This document shows positions 47,313 through 57,700 of a DNA stretch of 64,000 nucleotides, piece after piece. Both the position numbers and the translations under genes were made by a program. Location: positions 1,632,001 through 1,696,000 of the forward strand of contig OZ251992.1 of the NCBI GenBank assembly GCA_965246885.1. The letters run 5' to 3'. This stretch comes from Abditibacterium sp. GTDB taxonomy: Bacteria; Armatimonadota; Abditibacteriia; Abditibacteriales; Abditibacteriaceae. The notes under the pieces were generated by a model that saw only the letters and a program-made list of their open reading frames with translations, was not told the origin of the DNA and did no database searches. Each line of letters starts with the position of its first letter. The first letter of the stretch is position 1.

Positions 47313-48617
47313 CTAAATCCGTGCCGCGATGCGGAAGATGGCTGCCGCCAGTTTGCCGGGATGGTGGCGCACGACGTTCGAGACATCTATGAAGGGGCCG
47401 TGAATGGCGCGCACGCCCATCATCTCAATTTCTGTTTCGTCGGGAGCAATATAGTCGGAGCCAATCGCGGCGTAGCGGGCGAGGGTTTCATCGGGCACGC
47501 GGGCCGAGTTGAGCAAGACGTGCGTTACCACACCGGCCCCGATGTGGCGGATAATGGCGCGCACGTGGTCTGCCGCGCTAAAGCCGCACGTTTCTTCGGG
47601 CTGCGTCATGACGTTACAGACGTAGATTTTCGGCGCGTCGCTGGCTTTAATGGCAGCAGCGATTTCGGGGACGAGCAGGTTGGGAATGATGCTTGTAAAC
47701 AGCGACCCCGGCCCGATGATGATCACTTCGGCTTCCTCAATCGCTTTGACAGCGCCGGGCAGGGCTTTGGGGTTGTCCGGCACCAAAAAGGCGCGGGCAA
47801 TGTCACGCGACTGGTTGACGTTCACCTGCCCCGACACCAATGTTCCATTGTGCAACTCCGCTCCCAAGCGGACGTCGTCGAGCGTCGAAGGCAGCACTTG
47901 GCCGCGAATAGCGAGCACCTTGGACACCTCGCGCACCGCCATGCCAAAGTCGCCGGTCTTCTCGAACATTGCCGCCATGAACAGGTTGCCCAGCGAGTGC
48001 CCTTGCAGTTCGCCCAAGCCCTTGAAGCGGTATTGAAAGAGGTCGGTCATCAGTGGCTCGGCTTCGGCCAGAGCCGCGATACAGTTGCGCAGGTCGCCCG
48101 GTGGGAGCATGCCGTGCTCGCGCAGTTTGCCGGTCGAGCCACCGTCGTCGGCCATCGTTACGATTGCCGTGATGTTGCTCGAATGTTCCTTGAGGCCGCG
48201 CAGCATGGTCGAAAGCCCCGTCCCGCCGCCCAGCGCGACGACCCGCTCGGCGGAATCGAGCCGCTTGCGCGAGCGCGCCACGTCCAAAAAGTCGCGCCGC
48301 GTTTCTTTGGCATAAACGCGCTCGACTGCCTTAAACACGCCGCGCACCCCGACGACGATGGCGACCACGCCAAAGGTGAGAAACATCGTCCCAAGCGCGA
48401 CGGTGTCCAGAAAGCGCCCCGATAGCTTGTCCAGAGCAGATACGACGCCCAGCGAAAAGTCAAGCGCCACAAACGCAAACGCCAGCGCCGCGCCCAAAAT
48501 GACCAGCACGATCCCCACAACGGTAAGCAGCGCCCACCGTTTGAGGCCCAAGCCCAAGGCAAACCAGCCGAGGAACGCCGGACGTGCGTTCGCAGATGGC
48601 AAAGCGAAGCGTTTCAT
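47313..48617 (-). CDS. yvcK: YvcK/GlmR family protein with N-terminal TM helices
   Basis: GGGTGL, DDGGS, PPGDLRN, GHSLGN and GPGSLFTS. Confidence 0.94.
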   Translation of the reverse strand: MKRFALPSANARPAFLGWFALGLGLKRWALLTVVGIVLVILGAALAFAFVALDFSLGVVSALDKLSGRFLDTVALGTMFLTFGVVAIVVGVRGVFKAVERVYAKETRRDFLDVARSRKRLDSAERVVALGGGTGLSTMLRGLKEHSSNITAIVTMADDGGSTGKLREHGMLPPGDLRNCIAALAEAEPLMTDLFQYRFKGLGELQGHSLGNLFMAAMFEKTGDFGMAVREVSKVLAIRGQVLPSTLDDVRLGAELHNGTLVSGQVNVNQSRDIARAFLVPDNPKALPGAVKAIEEAEVIIIGPGSLFTSIIPNLLVPEIAAAIKASDAPKIYVCNVMTQPEETCGFSAADHVRAIIRHIGAGVVTHVLLNSARVPDETLARYAAIGSDYIAPDETEIEMMGVRAIHGPFIDVSNVVRHHPGKLAAAIFRIAARI

Positions 48618-49582
48618 TGCGCCTCGTCCGCTCCAGGGACAAGGCGCGGCGACTCGAACATCTGACTCTGCGGCGCTTCTATACTCTCCGCGCGGAGCGC
48701 GGGGAGCGCAGGAACAGGCGCCCCGCTTTGCGCGCCGCGCACGAGGTCGCGGTGCGAGACCTGCACCCGAAATCCCAGACTTTGCAGCCACTCGCCCAGC
48801 CAGTTCGACAGCGCGACGCTCCGGTGCCGCCCCCCGGTGCAACCGACCGCAATCGTGAGATACGCCTTGCCCTCGCCCGCGAATTGCGGCACCACAAAGC
48901 GGAGGAAGTCCTGCCAATGGGTCAGAAACTCCTGTGTCACCGGCTCGCGCATCACGTAATCTATCACGGGCGCCTCGAAACCGTCCAGATGCCCGATATC
49001 CCGGTCGTAGTTGGGGTTGGGCAAAAAGCGCACGTCGAACACCATGTCGGCTGAGGCGTGCGGCCCGTGCTTGAAGCCGAAGCTCTCGACTTGCACGAGC
49101 ATCCCCGTTTCCGTATCGCCCGCAACAAAAGTGCGCTCGATTTCGGCCCGCAGTTCGCGCGGCGTCACGCGGCTGGTGTTAATCACCTTATCGGCGCGCT
49201 CGCGGAACGGAACGAGCAGTTCGCGCTCCCGCTCGATGGCTTCGCGCAGGCCACAACCATCGTCAAGCGGGTGCTTGCGCCGCGTTTCCTGAAAGCGTTT
49301 GAGAAGCGCCGCGTCATCGCAGTCGAGGAACAACGTTTGAATCCCCAGCGCCCGCGCGCTTAGTTCATCGAGCGCCGCGAGTAGTTCGGGGAAGAACTCG
49401 CCGCCGCGCACGTCCACCACCAAGGCTGCTTTGCCTATTTTGCCGCGTTCGAGCAGTTCCGCAAATGAGGCGATGAGCATGGGCGGCAGGTTGTCCACGC
49501 AAAAAAAGCCGAAGTCCTCGAAGTGGCGCGTCGCCAAGCCTTTGCCTGCGCCCGAAAGTCCCGTGATAACGATGAGTTGCAT
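48614..49582 (-). CDS. rapZ: RNase adapter RapZ (YvcJ)
   Basis: GLSGAGK, VDNLP, SFGFKHG, DVRFLPNP and GCTGGRHRSV. Confidence 0.97.
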   Translation of the reverse strand: MQLIVITGLSGAGKGLATRHFEDFGFFCVDNLPPMLIASFAELLERGKIGKAALVVDVRGGEFFPELLAALDELSARALGIQTLFLDCDDAALLKRFQETRRKHPLDDGCGLREAIERERELLVPFRERADKVINTSRVTPRELRAEIERTFVAGDTETGMLVQVESFGFKHGPHASADMVFDVRFLPNPNYDRDIGHLDGFEAPVIDYVMREPVTQEFLTHWQDFLRFVVPQFAGEGKAYLTIAVGCTGGRHRSVALSNWLGEWLQSLGFRVQVSHRDLVRGAQSGAPVPALPALRAESIEAPQSQMFESPRLVPGADEAQ

Positions 49583-49597
49583 GAAAGAAGGGGAACC

Positions 49598-49993
49598 CTA
49601 CCGCCGCCTTGCGCTCCTTTTGCCCGACCCCTGCGTAAGCGCCGACGTGACGGCGTTCACCAAACTTAAAACAATTGTCCCCACGACCGCCGCGCCAAAA
49701 GTGTGGACTTGAAAACCCGACAGCGACCGCCCCACCACCCAAAACAGCGCGCCGTTAATCAATACCGACAGCGCCAAACTCCACAAGCCGAGCGTTAGAC
49801 ACGAAAGCGGTAGCGTCAGCGCGCCCAGCACCGCTTCCAAGATCGGCTTGACGAGCGCGTTCGCCAAGCCCAGCACAAGCGCGGCGACAGCCGCGCCCGC
49901 GAAACCGTGCACGGCGATCTGCCCGCCCGACGCGCCCGCCAGAAAAAGCAGCGTCGCGGCAGAGACTCCTAATCGAATCAAGAAACCAATCAT
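49598..49993 (-). CDS. YvlD-like 4-TM membrane protein (holin-superfamily annotation)
   Basis: NALVKP...LTLP...TLGL. Confidence 0.85.
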   Translation of the reverse strand: MIGFLIRLGVSAATLLFLAGASGGQIAVHGFAGAAVAALVLGLANALVKPILEAVLGALTLPLSCLTLGLWSLALSVLINGALFWVVGRSLSGFQVHTFGAAVVGTIVLSLVNAVTSALTQGSGKRSARRR

Positions 49994-50099
49994 GCCATCC
50001 GCGCGCATACGGCGCGCGGAGAGTATAAATTGCGGCGAGGCGCCCCCGCCCGTTTTCTAACCCTCCTCTGGCCCCCGATTTGAAACCTTCGCCCGCATT

Positions 50100-50978
50100 A
50101 TGCAAGAACCTCTCGACCCTGCGGCCATTGCCGCGCCCGAAGCTGACCAGAGCGGCGCGCACGTCGCGGCCCCCGATGTCGCGTATCTGCGCTGCGCCAT
50201 CGTCAACGTCGCCTTTCTCGGCGAACCCAACAAGGAGGGCTGGGTGCTGGTGGACGCTGGCATCCCCGGCATGGCGGGGCGCATTGCGCGCGCCGCGCAG
50301 GAACGCTTTGGCGCCGATTCCCGGCCCGCCGCCATCATCCTCACGCACGGCCACTTCGACCACGTCGGCTCCCTCGAAAAGCTGGCCGCGCTCTACAACG
50401 TGCCCATCTACGCCCACCCCATCGAGTTCCCCTACCTGACCGGCGGGGCCGCGTATCCGCCGCCCGACCCGATGGTCGGCGGCGGCATGATGTCGCTCCT
50501 CTCGCCGCTTTATCCGCGCCAACCGATAGACGTTTCGCGCCATCTCCAGCCGCTCCCCGCCGATGGGAGTCTCCCGCATCTGCCGGGTTGGAAATGGATT
50601 TTGGCGCCCGGTCACACCCCCGGCCAAGTCGCGTTGTGGCGCGAGTCGGACAAGACTTTACTTCCCGCCGACGCTTTCATCACGACCGCGCAGGAATCGG
50701 CCTATGCCGCCGCGACGCAAAAGCCGGAAATGCACGGCCCACCGATGTACTTCACGCAAGACTTCGCCGCCGCCGCCAACTCGGTGCGCGAGTTAGCCGC
50801 CTTGGAACCAGAGTTAGTCGTGCCCGGTCACGGCCAAGCGATGCAAGGCGCGGAGATGCGCGCCGCACTCCATGCCCTCGCGCGCGACTTCGAGCAAGTC
50901 GCCGTTCCCACGCACGGCCATTACGTCGCCCACCCCGCAAAAGCCGAAGACGGCTCCGCTTACGAGATACCCAAGTAG
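50100..50978 (+). CDS. MBL-fold metallo-hydrolase
   Basis: THGHFDH, PGHTPG and PGHG. Confidence 0.92.
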   Translation: MQEPLDPAAIAAPEADQSGAHVAAPDVAYLRCAIVNVAFLGEPNKEGWVLVDAGIPGMAGRIARAAQERFGADSRPAAIILTHGHFDHVGSLEKLAALYNVPIYAHPIEFPYLTGGAAYPPPDPMVGGGMMSLLSPLYPRQPIDVSRHLQPLPADGSLPHLPGWKWILAPGHTPGQVALWRESDKTLLPADAFITTAQESAYAAATQKPEMHGPPMYFTQDFAAAANSVRELAALEPELVVPGHGQAMQGAEMRAALHALARDFEQVAVPTHGHYVAHPAKAEDGSAYEIPK

Positions 50979-51002
50979 CAGTGCGCCAACAACACAAAAA
51001 AA

Positions 51003-51032
51003 AAATGGGCGAAGCCAATGCTTCGCCCATTT
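51003..51032. terminator. terminator downstream of tRNA-Pro and the MBL gene
   Basis: AAATGGGCGAAGC-CAAT-GCTTCGCCCATTT with an A tract on the left. Confidence 0.8.
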
Positions 51033-51038
51033 CTCGTA

Positions 51039-51112
51039 TCGGGATAGCCGGATTTGAACCGACGACCTCTTGACCCCCAGTCAAGCGCGCTACCAAGCTG
51101 CGCCATATCCCG
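51039..51112 (-). tRNA. tRNA-Pro(GGG), CCA not encoded
   Basis: CGGGATA acceptor stem, anticodon arm CTTGA-CTGGGGG-TCAAG, T-loop GGTTCAAATCC. Confidence 0.96.
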
Positions 51113-51151
51113 TTTCTAACCATGAGAGCATAAAGCGCGCGCGGTCAAAAG

Positions 51152-51610
51152 TCAAGGTGCGGCGCTTTCGAGGTGGCGTTTGAGGGCTTGGGTTCGCCCT
51201 TCGAGAAAGCCGCGCAGATGCCATGCGACGACGGGGGCGGCCAACTTTCCCAATGGGCCAAAGGGGGCGGTGAACTCGATGGTGTCGCGCATGCGGGTTT
51301 GATTTTCGCCGAATGCCACGAAGTGGTGGGTGTGCCGGAAGTGGGCGAATGGCCCGCGCGTTTGCTCGTCCACAAAACAAAAGGGTGGGGCGAAGTGGGT
51401 GACTTGCGCCGTGAGTTGCAAGCGCACGCCGAAATGGGCGGCGGAAAAAGTGACCCATTCGCCCTCGCCAATCAAGCCTTTGATTCGTCCCGCGACCGCG
51501 CGCTCGCCGGTATTGGCGGCGAGGCGGCAGTGCAAGCCGATGTCGCGCGCCGCGTCGAAGCACGCCCCGACCGGAGCGTGGATGAGGGTTTGGATTTCGA
51601 GGCGCGGCAC
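51152..51610 (-). CDS. SRPBCC family protein
   Basis: FVDEQTRGPFAHFRHTHHF, T.M.D and P.GPLG. Confidence 0.85.
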   Translation of the reverse strand: MPRLEIQTLIHAPVGACFDAARDIGLHCRLAANTGERAVAGRIKGLIGEGEWVTFSAAHFGVRLQLTAQVTHFAPPFCFVDEQTRGPFAHFRHTHHFVAFGENQTRMRDTIEFTAPFGPLGKLAAPVVAWHLRGFLEGRTQALKRHLESAAP

Positions 51611-51649
51611 GGCTTCAGTTTGGCGCGGGAGAGCGTGGCCGCGTCCGTT

Positions 51650-51772
51650 CACCCATTCCCAGACGTCTGGGAATGGGTGGCGGATGTCTGGGAATGGATG
51701 GCGCACGGCGGCGAGCGCGTGGCGGACGTCTGGGACGCGACGGCAGACGTCTGGGACGCGACGGCGGACGTC
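51650..51772. repeat. 21-bp tandem array starting with a perfect 30-bp palindrome
   Basis: CACCCATTCCCAGACGTCTGGGAATGGGTG at 51650-51679; units at 51662, 51683, 51704, 51725, 51746 and 51767. Confidence 0.88.
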
Positions 51773-51962
51773 ATTTGTGCCGCGAAATTCCGCTTTTTCC
51801 CGGCGCGCGGGTTCCGGGCTTTATCGAAAGGGGCAACTCCCAGTGTGATTCCACACATTAGTAAACGTGTGATTGGGCGGGGAGCGAAGCCTTTACACTT
51901 TCTCTCGTTCCCGACACACCTCCCGCACTCCCTGTGCGGCCCCGTAACGGGGACGGCCTTTT

Positions 51963-54005
51963 ATGCCCGCCACCGCTTCGCGCCCATCCGAGTTTTTCTC
52001 GGTGGCGCGCTCCACTCCCGACGAGCCGGACGCTCGCACGCCTTCCCAGAGAAGGTTCGCGCGCTTCGGGTGGTTCATGCTCGCTTACACCCTCATGGTT
52101 ATTTTGTGGGGCGTGTTTCTGCGCGCGTCGGGGTCGGGCGCGGGGTGCGGGGTGGATTGGCCTTCGTGCGGCGGCGTGTTCGTGCTTTCTGCGGGCGCGC
52201 ACCACACGACGCTCATCGAATACGCCCATCGCGCGTCCGATGCGTTGCTCGGCGTGTTGTTGTTGGCGCAGGTGGTCTGGGCGTTCCGCGCGTTCAAGGG
52301 CAAGCATCCGGTACGGTTCGCGGTTATGGGCGCGCTGTTTTTTACCTTCGTCGAGTCGTGGATTGGCGAGAAGTTGGTGGTTAACGGCTACGTCGCGCAC
52401 TCGCTCGCGCCGCAACGATTGGGCTGGTTCGTCGGGCATCAGGTCAACACGCTCCTGTTGGCGACGGCGTTCGCGCTATTGGCGTGGTTCGCATCGGGCC
52501 ATAAGAAGCTGCAACTACGCGGGCAGGGGCCGATGCTGTTTCTTGTGCTCGCCATGCTGGTCGGGGCGTTGGGGTTGTCCGTTACGGGCGCGGCGTCGGC
52601 GCTGGGCGACACCATTTACCCCGCCACGAGCCACCTCGAAGTGATGCAGAAGGCGCTGCTTCCCACCGCGAACACGGTGATGAAAGCCCGGCCCGCGCAT
52701 CCTTATACGGCGGTCGTGGTCGCCATGCTGTTGTGTTTGGGCGCCGGACTACTCAACCATCTGCGCCCGTCCCCGAACACGCGCCGCTTTGCCACGTATG
52801 TTTGGGGATGCTTGGGCTTGCAGATGATTATCGGCTTGGCGAGCGTAGCGCTCCTCGCGCCCATCGGGATGCAAGTGCTTCATAACCTCGGCGCCGATTT
52901 ATTGTGGCTGTCCATTGTGCTGTTGGGTGCCGCTTCTCTCGCGGAGGGCGTGCCGCAAGTCGAGGTGGAGCACATCCCCCTCGCTGTATTGGCAGGCGCG
53001 AAACCGAAGTTGTCCGACTTCGTGGCGCTGACGAAACCGCGCGTCATTTCGCTGCTCTTGTTCACCACGCTGGCGGGCCTCTTTATCGCGGCGGGCGGCT
53101 GGCCGGGACATGGCTTCGGGCACGGCTTGTGGCTGATACTGGCGACGGGGCTGGGGCTGTATGCGGCGGCGGGGGCCTCGAACGCCATCAACATGGTGTG
53201 CGAGCGCGACTTGGATGTGCGCATGGAGCGCACCGCGAGCCGCCCGACCGTGACCGAGAAGATTCACCCGCGCACCGCGCTGTGGTTCGCTTTTGCCTTG
53301 GAAGCGTTCTCGTTCGGGATATTGTGGGCAAGCTCGAACCTCTTGGCGGCGACGCTTGCGCTCGCCGGACTGGTAGTCTACGTGAACGTTTATACCTTGT
53401 TGCTCAAGCGGCGGACGTGGAGCAACATCGTGATTGGCGGGGCGGCGGGGGCGTTTCCGCCGCTCGTTGGCTTTGCGGCGGCGTCAGGGCAGTTATCTTA
53501 TTTGGCGTGGGTATGCTTTGCTCTTGTGTTCGTGTGGACACCCGTGCACTTTTGGGCGCTGGCCATCCTGATAAAGGACGACTACGCCAAAGCGGGGGTG
53601 CCGATGCTGCCCGTCGTGAAGGGCGACCGCTACACGGTGACGCAAATCGGCTGGTATGCCCTCGTCACTGTCGCCTGTTCCTTCTTGCCGCTCCTGCCAA
53701 CGATGGGCGCGGCGGGGTGGGGTTACGCGGTGGCGATGGTGGTTTTGAACGGTTTGTTAGCGCGGGGGTGCGTGCGGCTGAGTCAGCAGATAGACCGTCC
53801 GCGTGCGTCGTCGCTGTTTCATTATTCGATGATTTACCTCGCCCTCTCGTTCTTGGCCTTGGCCATAGACCGGTCGGGGCGATGGGTTGAGTCTTTGGTG
53901 GTGCTGGGCGTGGCGGCGGGCTTCTACTTTTGGAAAGCGCCCAAACAACTGGCATCCGTGTTAAATTGGTTTGGCTCCCTTCTTTCCAAGCCGCAACTGT
54001 CTTAG
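51963..54005 (+). CDS. ctaB: fused heme A synthase-like (CtaA/COX15) and heme O synthase (CtaB/CyoE)
   Basis: N-half GCG.DWPSC and EYAHR; C-half TKPRV, ERDLDVRMERT..RP and WTPVHFWAL. Confidence 0.9.
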   Translation: MPATASRPSEFFSVARSTPDEPDARTPSQRRFARFGWFMLAYTLMVILWGVFLRASGSGAGCGVDWPSCGGVFVLSAGAHHTTLIEYAHRASDALLGVLLLAQVVWAFRAFKGKHPVRFAVMGALFFTFVESWIGEKLVVNGYVAHSLAPQRLGWFVGHQVNTLLLATAFALLAWFASGHKKLQLRGQGPMLFLVLAMLVGALGLSVTGAASALGDTIYPATSHLEVMQKALLPTANTVMKARPAHPYTAVVVAMLLCLGAGLLNHLRPSPNTRRFATYVWGCLGLQMIIGLASVALLAPIGMQVLHNLGADLLWLSIVLLGAASLAEGVPQVEVEHIPLAVLAGAKPKLSDFVALTKPRVISLLLFTTLAGLFIAAGGWPGHGFGHGLWLILATGLGLYAAAGASNAINMVCERDLDVRMERTASRPTVTEKIHPRTALWFAFALEAFSFGILWASSNLLAATLALAGLVVYVNVYTLLLKRRTWSNIVIGGAAGAFPPLVGFAAASGQLSYLAWVCFALVFVWTPVHFWALAILIKDDYAKAGVPMLPVVKGDRYTVTQIGWYALVTVACSFLPLLPTMGAAGWGYAVAMVVLNGLLARGCVRLSQQIDRPRASSLFHYSMIYLALSFLALAIDRSGRWVESLVVLGVAAGFYFWKAPKQLASVLNWFGSLLSKPQLS

Positions 54006-54028
54006 CAACTACGCAAGTATCGTATCAC

Positions 54029-54718
54029 ATGGCACAACTCTTTCATCCGTCGAGCAACACAATCGCCAAGCTAACGATTGTGGGCGGCGCTTTGGGCGTT
54101 CCGGGCCTTATCGGGGCCGGTTACGCCATTAACATGACCTATGGGTATCAGGTCTATAAGCCCATCGAACAGCCGGTGCAGTTCTCCCATAAGCACCACA
54201 ACTGGGACGACGGCATTGACTGCCGCTACTGCCACACGGCGGTCGAGAAGTCCACGTCGGCGGGCATGCCCGACACGCACACCTGTATGTCGTGCCATTC
54301 GCAGATTTGGTCGGATTCGCCGGAACTTGCGCCGGTGCGCGCCTCCTATATCTCCGGCCAGCCCATCAACTGGAACCGCGTTCACGACCTGCCCGACTTC
54401 GTGTATTTCAACCACTCGGCGCACGTCAACAAGGGCGTGGGCTGCGAGACGTGTCATGGCCGCATTGATCAGGCGCCGCTCGCCATGAAGGTGCACACCA
54501 TGTCCATGCAGTGGTGCCTCGACTGCCATCGCCACCCCGAAAAGTTCGTGCGCCCCAAGGAAGCCGTTTGGACGATGGGCTGGAAGCCTTCTGATGCGGG
54601 CGTCAATCCCGATACGAAGAAGCCGTTCACGCAGATAGAACTGGGCACCAAGCTGGTGCGCAACTACAAAATCGCGCACGAGCGGCAAATCACCGACTGC
54701 TACACCTGCCACCACTAA
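54029..54718 (+). CDS. actA: alternative complex III pentaheme cytochrome c
   Basis: five CxxCH motifs; QPVQFSH and YFNHSAH; N-terminal TM helix. Confidence 0.93.
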   Translation: MAQLFHPSSNTIAKLTIVGGALGVPGLIGAGYAINMTYGYQVYKPIEQPVQFSHKHHNWDDGIDCRYCHTAVEKSTSAGMPDTHTCMSCHSQIWSDSPELAPVRASYISGQPINWNRVHDLPDFVYFNHSAHVNKGVGCETCHGRIDQAPLAMKVHTMSMQWCLDCHRHPEKFVRPKEAVWTMGWKPSDAGVNPDTKKPFTQIELGTKLVRNYKIAHERQITDCYTCHH

Positions 54719-54731
54719 TATCCAGAGGGGA

Positions 54732-54779
54732 GAAGCGAGAGGTTGGAGTCCGTGAACCTAACCTCCAACCTCTCGCTTC
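54732..54779. repeat. 17-bp intercistronic hairpin
   Basis: GAAGCGAGAGGTTGGAG / CTCCAACCTCTCGCTTC. Confidence 0.8.
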
Positions 54780-54797
54780 CCTCCTCTTTCTCCACTA

Positions 54798-57700
54798 ATG
54801 AACTTGATCCAGATTTCCGACAAAGCCGGAAAACCCATCGAAGAGAAGCAGCTTGACGTGGCCAAAGTGCGCGCGAAGCTGGCGTCCAAGCGCGGCCAAG
54901 AGTATTGGCGCTCGTTGGAGGAAGTCGCGGGCGACCCGGACTTCCCGGAAATGCTGCGCCGCGAGTTCCCCATCGCGCCGCGCGATTGGGCGCCCCTGCC
55001 GCGCCGCGACTTCGTGCGGCTGATGGGTGGCGCGCTCGCTTTGGCGGGCTTGTCCGGGTGCGCGTTTCAGCCGCAAGAGAAAATCGTCCCCTTCGTCAAA
55101 GCGCCGGAAGAGCAGGTCGCGGGCATCCCCCTCTTTTACGCGACGGCGGTGCCGTTCATGGGCTATGCGCTGGGTGTGTTGGCGCGCTCGGACGAGGGGC
55201 GCCCGACGAAGATAGAAGGCAACCCCGACCATCCGACTTCGCGTGGTCGCACGGATGTGTGGGCGCAAGCATCGGTGCTGGACATGTGGGATCCTGACCG
55301 CTCGACCGATGTGCGCTTGAGTGGCTCGACTTCGGGTTGGAGCGACATGGCGGGCGTGCTCAACACCACCTTTCAAACGGCCCGTGCCAACGGCGGCGCG
55401 GACTTAGCGTTGCTGACGGGCACCATCACCGCGCCCTCGACGCTCGCTCTGATTAAGGAACTGCAAACGGCGTTGCCGCACATGACGTGGGTGTCGTATG
55501 AACCCATCAACAGCGACAACGTGCGTCAGGGCGCGCTGATGGCGTTTGGCAAGGATGTTCACACGCTATATCACTTCGACCGTGCGAACGTGATTGTCTC
55601 GCTCGACTGCGACTTTCTGCTCGAGGAGCCGGGCCGCGTTGCCCATGCCCGTGACTACATCTCAGGGCGCAAACTAACCGACGACACGGGCAAAGCCAAA
55701 GACGCCAAGGGCGCGACGATGAACCGCTTGTACGTGGTTGAGTCCACCCCGACCATCACCGGCGCGCAGGGCGACCATCGCTTCCCTGTCAAAGCCGCGC
55801 AAGTAGACTCCATTGCCCGCGCTCTGGCGAGCGCGGTTGGCGTGGTGGGAGTGAATTCGGGAACGCTCGATGTCGACACGCAAAAGTGGGTCTCCATCAT
55901 CGCCGACGACTTGAAGGCGCCTGAAAACCGAGGGCGTGTCCTGGTTTGCGCGGGCGCGCACCAACCGGCGGCGGTGCATGCCCTCGCGCACGCCATCAAC
56001 GCGACGCTCGGCTCGGTCGGCGCGTCGGGCGCGGTTTCCTATCACGAACCCATCGAGGGCAACCCGACAATGCACGAGGCGGGTCTGCGCGACCTCATCA
56101 CGGCTATGAATAAGGGGACGATTAAGACCGCCATTATTATAGATGCCAACCCCGCGTATTCGGCGCCCGCCGCGTTGGGCTTCGAGAAGGCCTTGGCGAA
56201 GGTGCAGACCAAGTTCCATATGGGAGCTTACAAGAACGAGACTTCCGTCTTGTGCGACTGGCACGCACCGATGGCGCACTATTTGGAAGCGTGGGGGGAC
56301 GCGCGCTCGGTGGACGGCACGATCTCCATCATCCAACCCATTATTCGTCCCTTGTACGAGGCCGCTCACACGCCCAACGAACTGCTGTCTTCGATGCTGG
56401 GCCGCCAGAACGCGAGCGATTACGACATCGTGCGCGGGCACTACCAAACGCTCTTGACCCGCACGCCCGCGACGCGCTTGCAAGAGGGCCAAGCGGATTT
56501 GGCCTTCGACGCGCGCTGGCAAAAAATCGTCCATCAGGGCCTCCTCGAAGGCACGACGGCACCGGTTGTCGGCGTGACGCTTAGGCCCTTGGCGCTCCCC
56601 GAACCCGCGAAAGTCGGGAGCGGGATGGAAGTCAACTTTCGGCCCGACCCGTCGGTTTGGGATGGGCGCTACGCCAACAATGCGTGGCTGCAAGAACTCC
56701 CCAAAGCGTATTCCAAAATCACGTGGGACAACGCCCTCTTCGTGTCGCCCACGACGGCGCTCAAGAACAAGTGGAGCAACGACCAAGAAGCGACCCTCAC
56801 CCTGAACGGCCAAAGCGTGACGGGCGCCATCTTCATGCTCCCCGGCCAGCCGGACGATGTTGTCACGGTTCACTTGGGCTATGGGCGGCGCGAGGTGGGT
56901 AAGATTGGCGATGGCACGGGCTTCAACGCGAACTTGATTCGGCCCGATGGAGCGTGGTTCGCGTCCGGTGCGACCATCACGCCGACGGGCGGCACCTACA
57001 AAATCGCCACCACCTCGCAGCACAACCTCATCTCCCCCAAGGGGAAGGAGACGACGTGGCAGGACGGAGCGTGGATGGCGAGTAACGACGCCAAGACCAA
57101 GCTCATCAACAACGTCCTCGCGCCCGAAACCAGCGACCTCGACATGGACGGCACGCAGGGCCGCGATGTGGTGCGCGTGGGCACTTTCGATGAGTTCAAA
57201 GCCGGGAAGCTACCGACTTCCATCCACGATAAGATCGGCATCCCGCTCGCATACCCGCAACAGCCGGAGCCGTTCAAGTCGCAGGCTCTTGCCGTAGCAC
57301 CCGACGCCGACCGCTTGGCCGAGAACCGCCAGTTGGCGGGCAACCCCTCGTTTTATCCGCGCGACACCGACACGCAAGGGTTGTTGCGCTTCAAGGACGA
57401 GGGCGTGCAAGCCGAGAAAGAAACCGAGTCCAAGAAGGAAGGGCGCGACGGCGCGACCGAGCAGTGGGGTATGAGCGTGGACTTGCAGTCGTGTATTGGG
57501 TGCAACGCGTGCGTTATCGCGTGCCAAAGCGAGAACAACTCGGCGACCGTCGGCAAAGACCAAGTGCTGATGGGCCGCGAAATGCACTGGATGCGCATAG
57601 ACACCTATATGCGCGGCTCCTTCGAGAACCCGGAAACCTACTTTGAGCCGATGTACTGCCAGCACTGCGAGAAAGCGCCGTGCGCGCCGGTGTGCCCCTT

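Noticed and set aside
49598..49993. Prophage lysis gene
   Set aside because: YvlD-like protein in a housekeeping rapZ context; no phage structural or integrase genes.
51039..51112. tRNA-anchored integrative element
   Set aside because: No integrase and no duplicated tRNA 3' end seen in the window.
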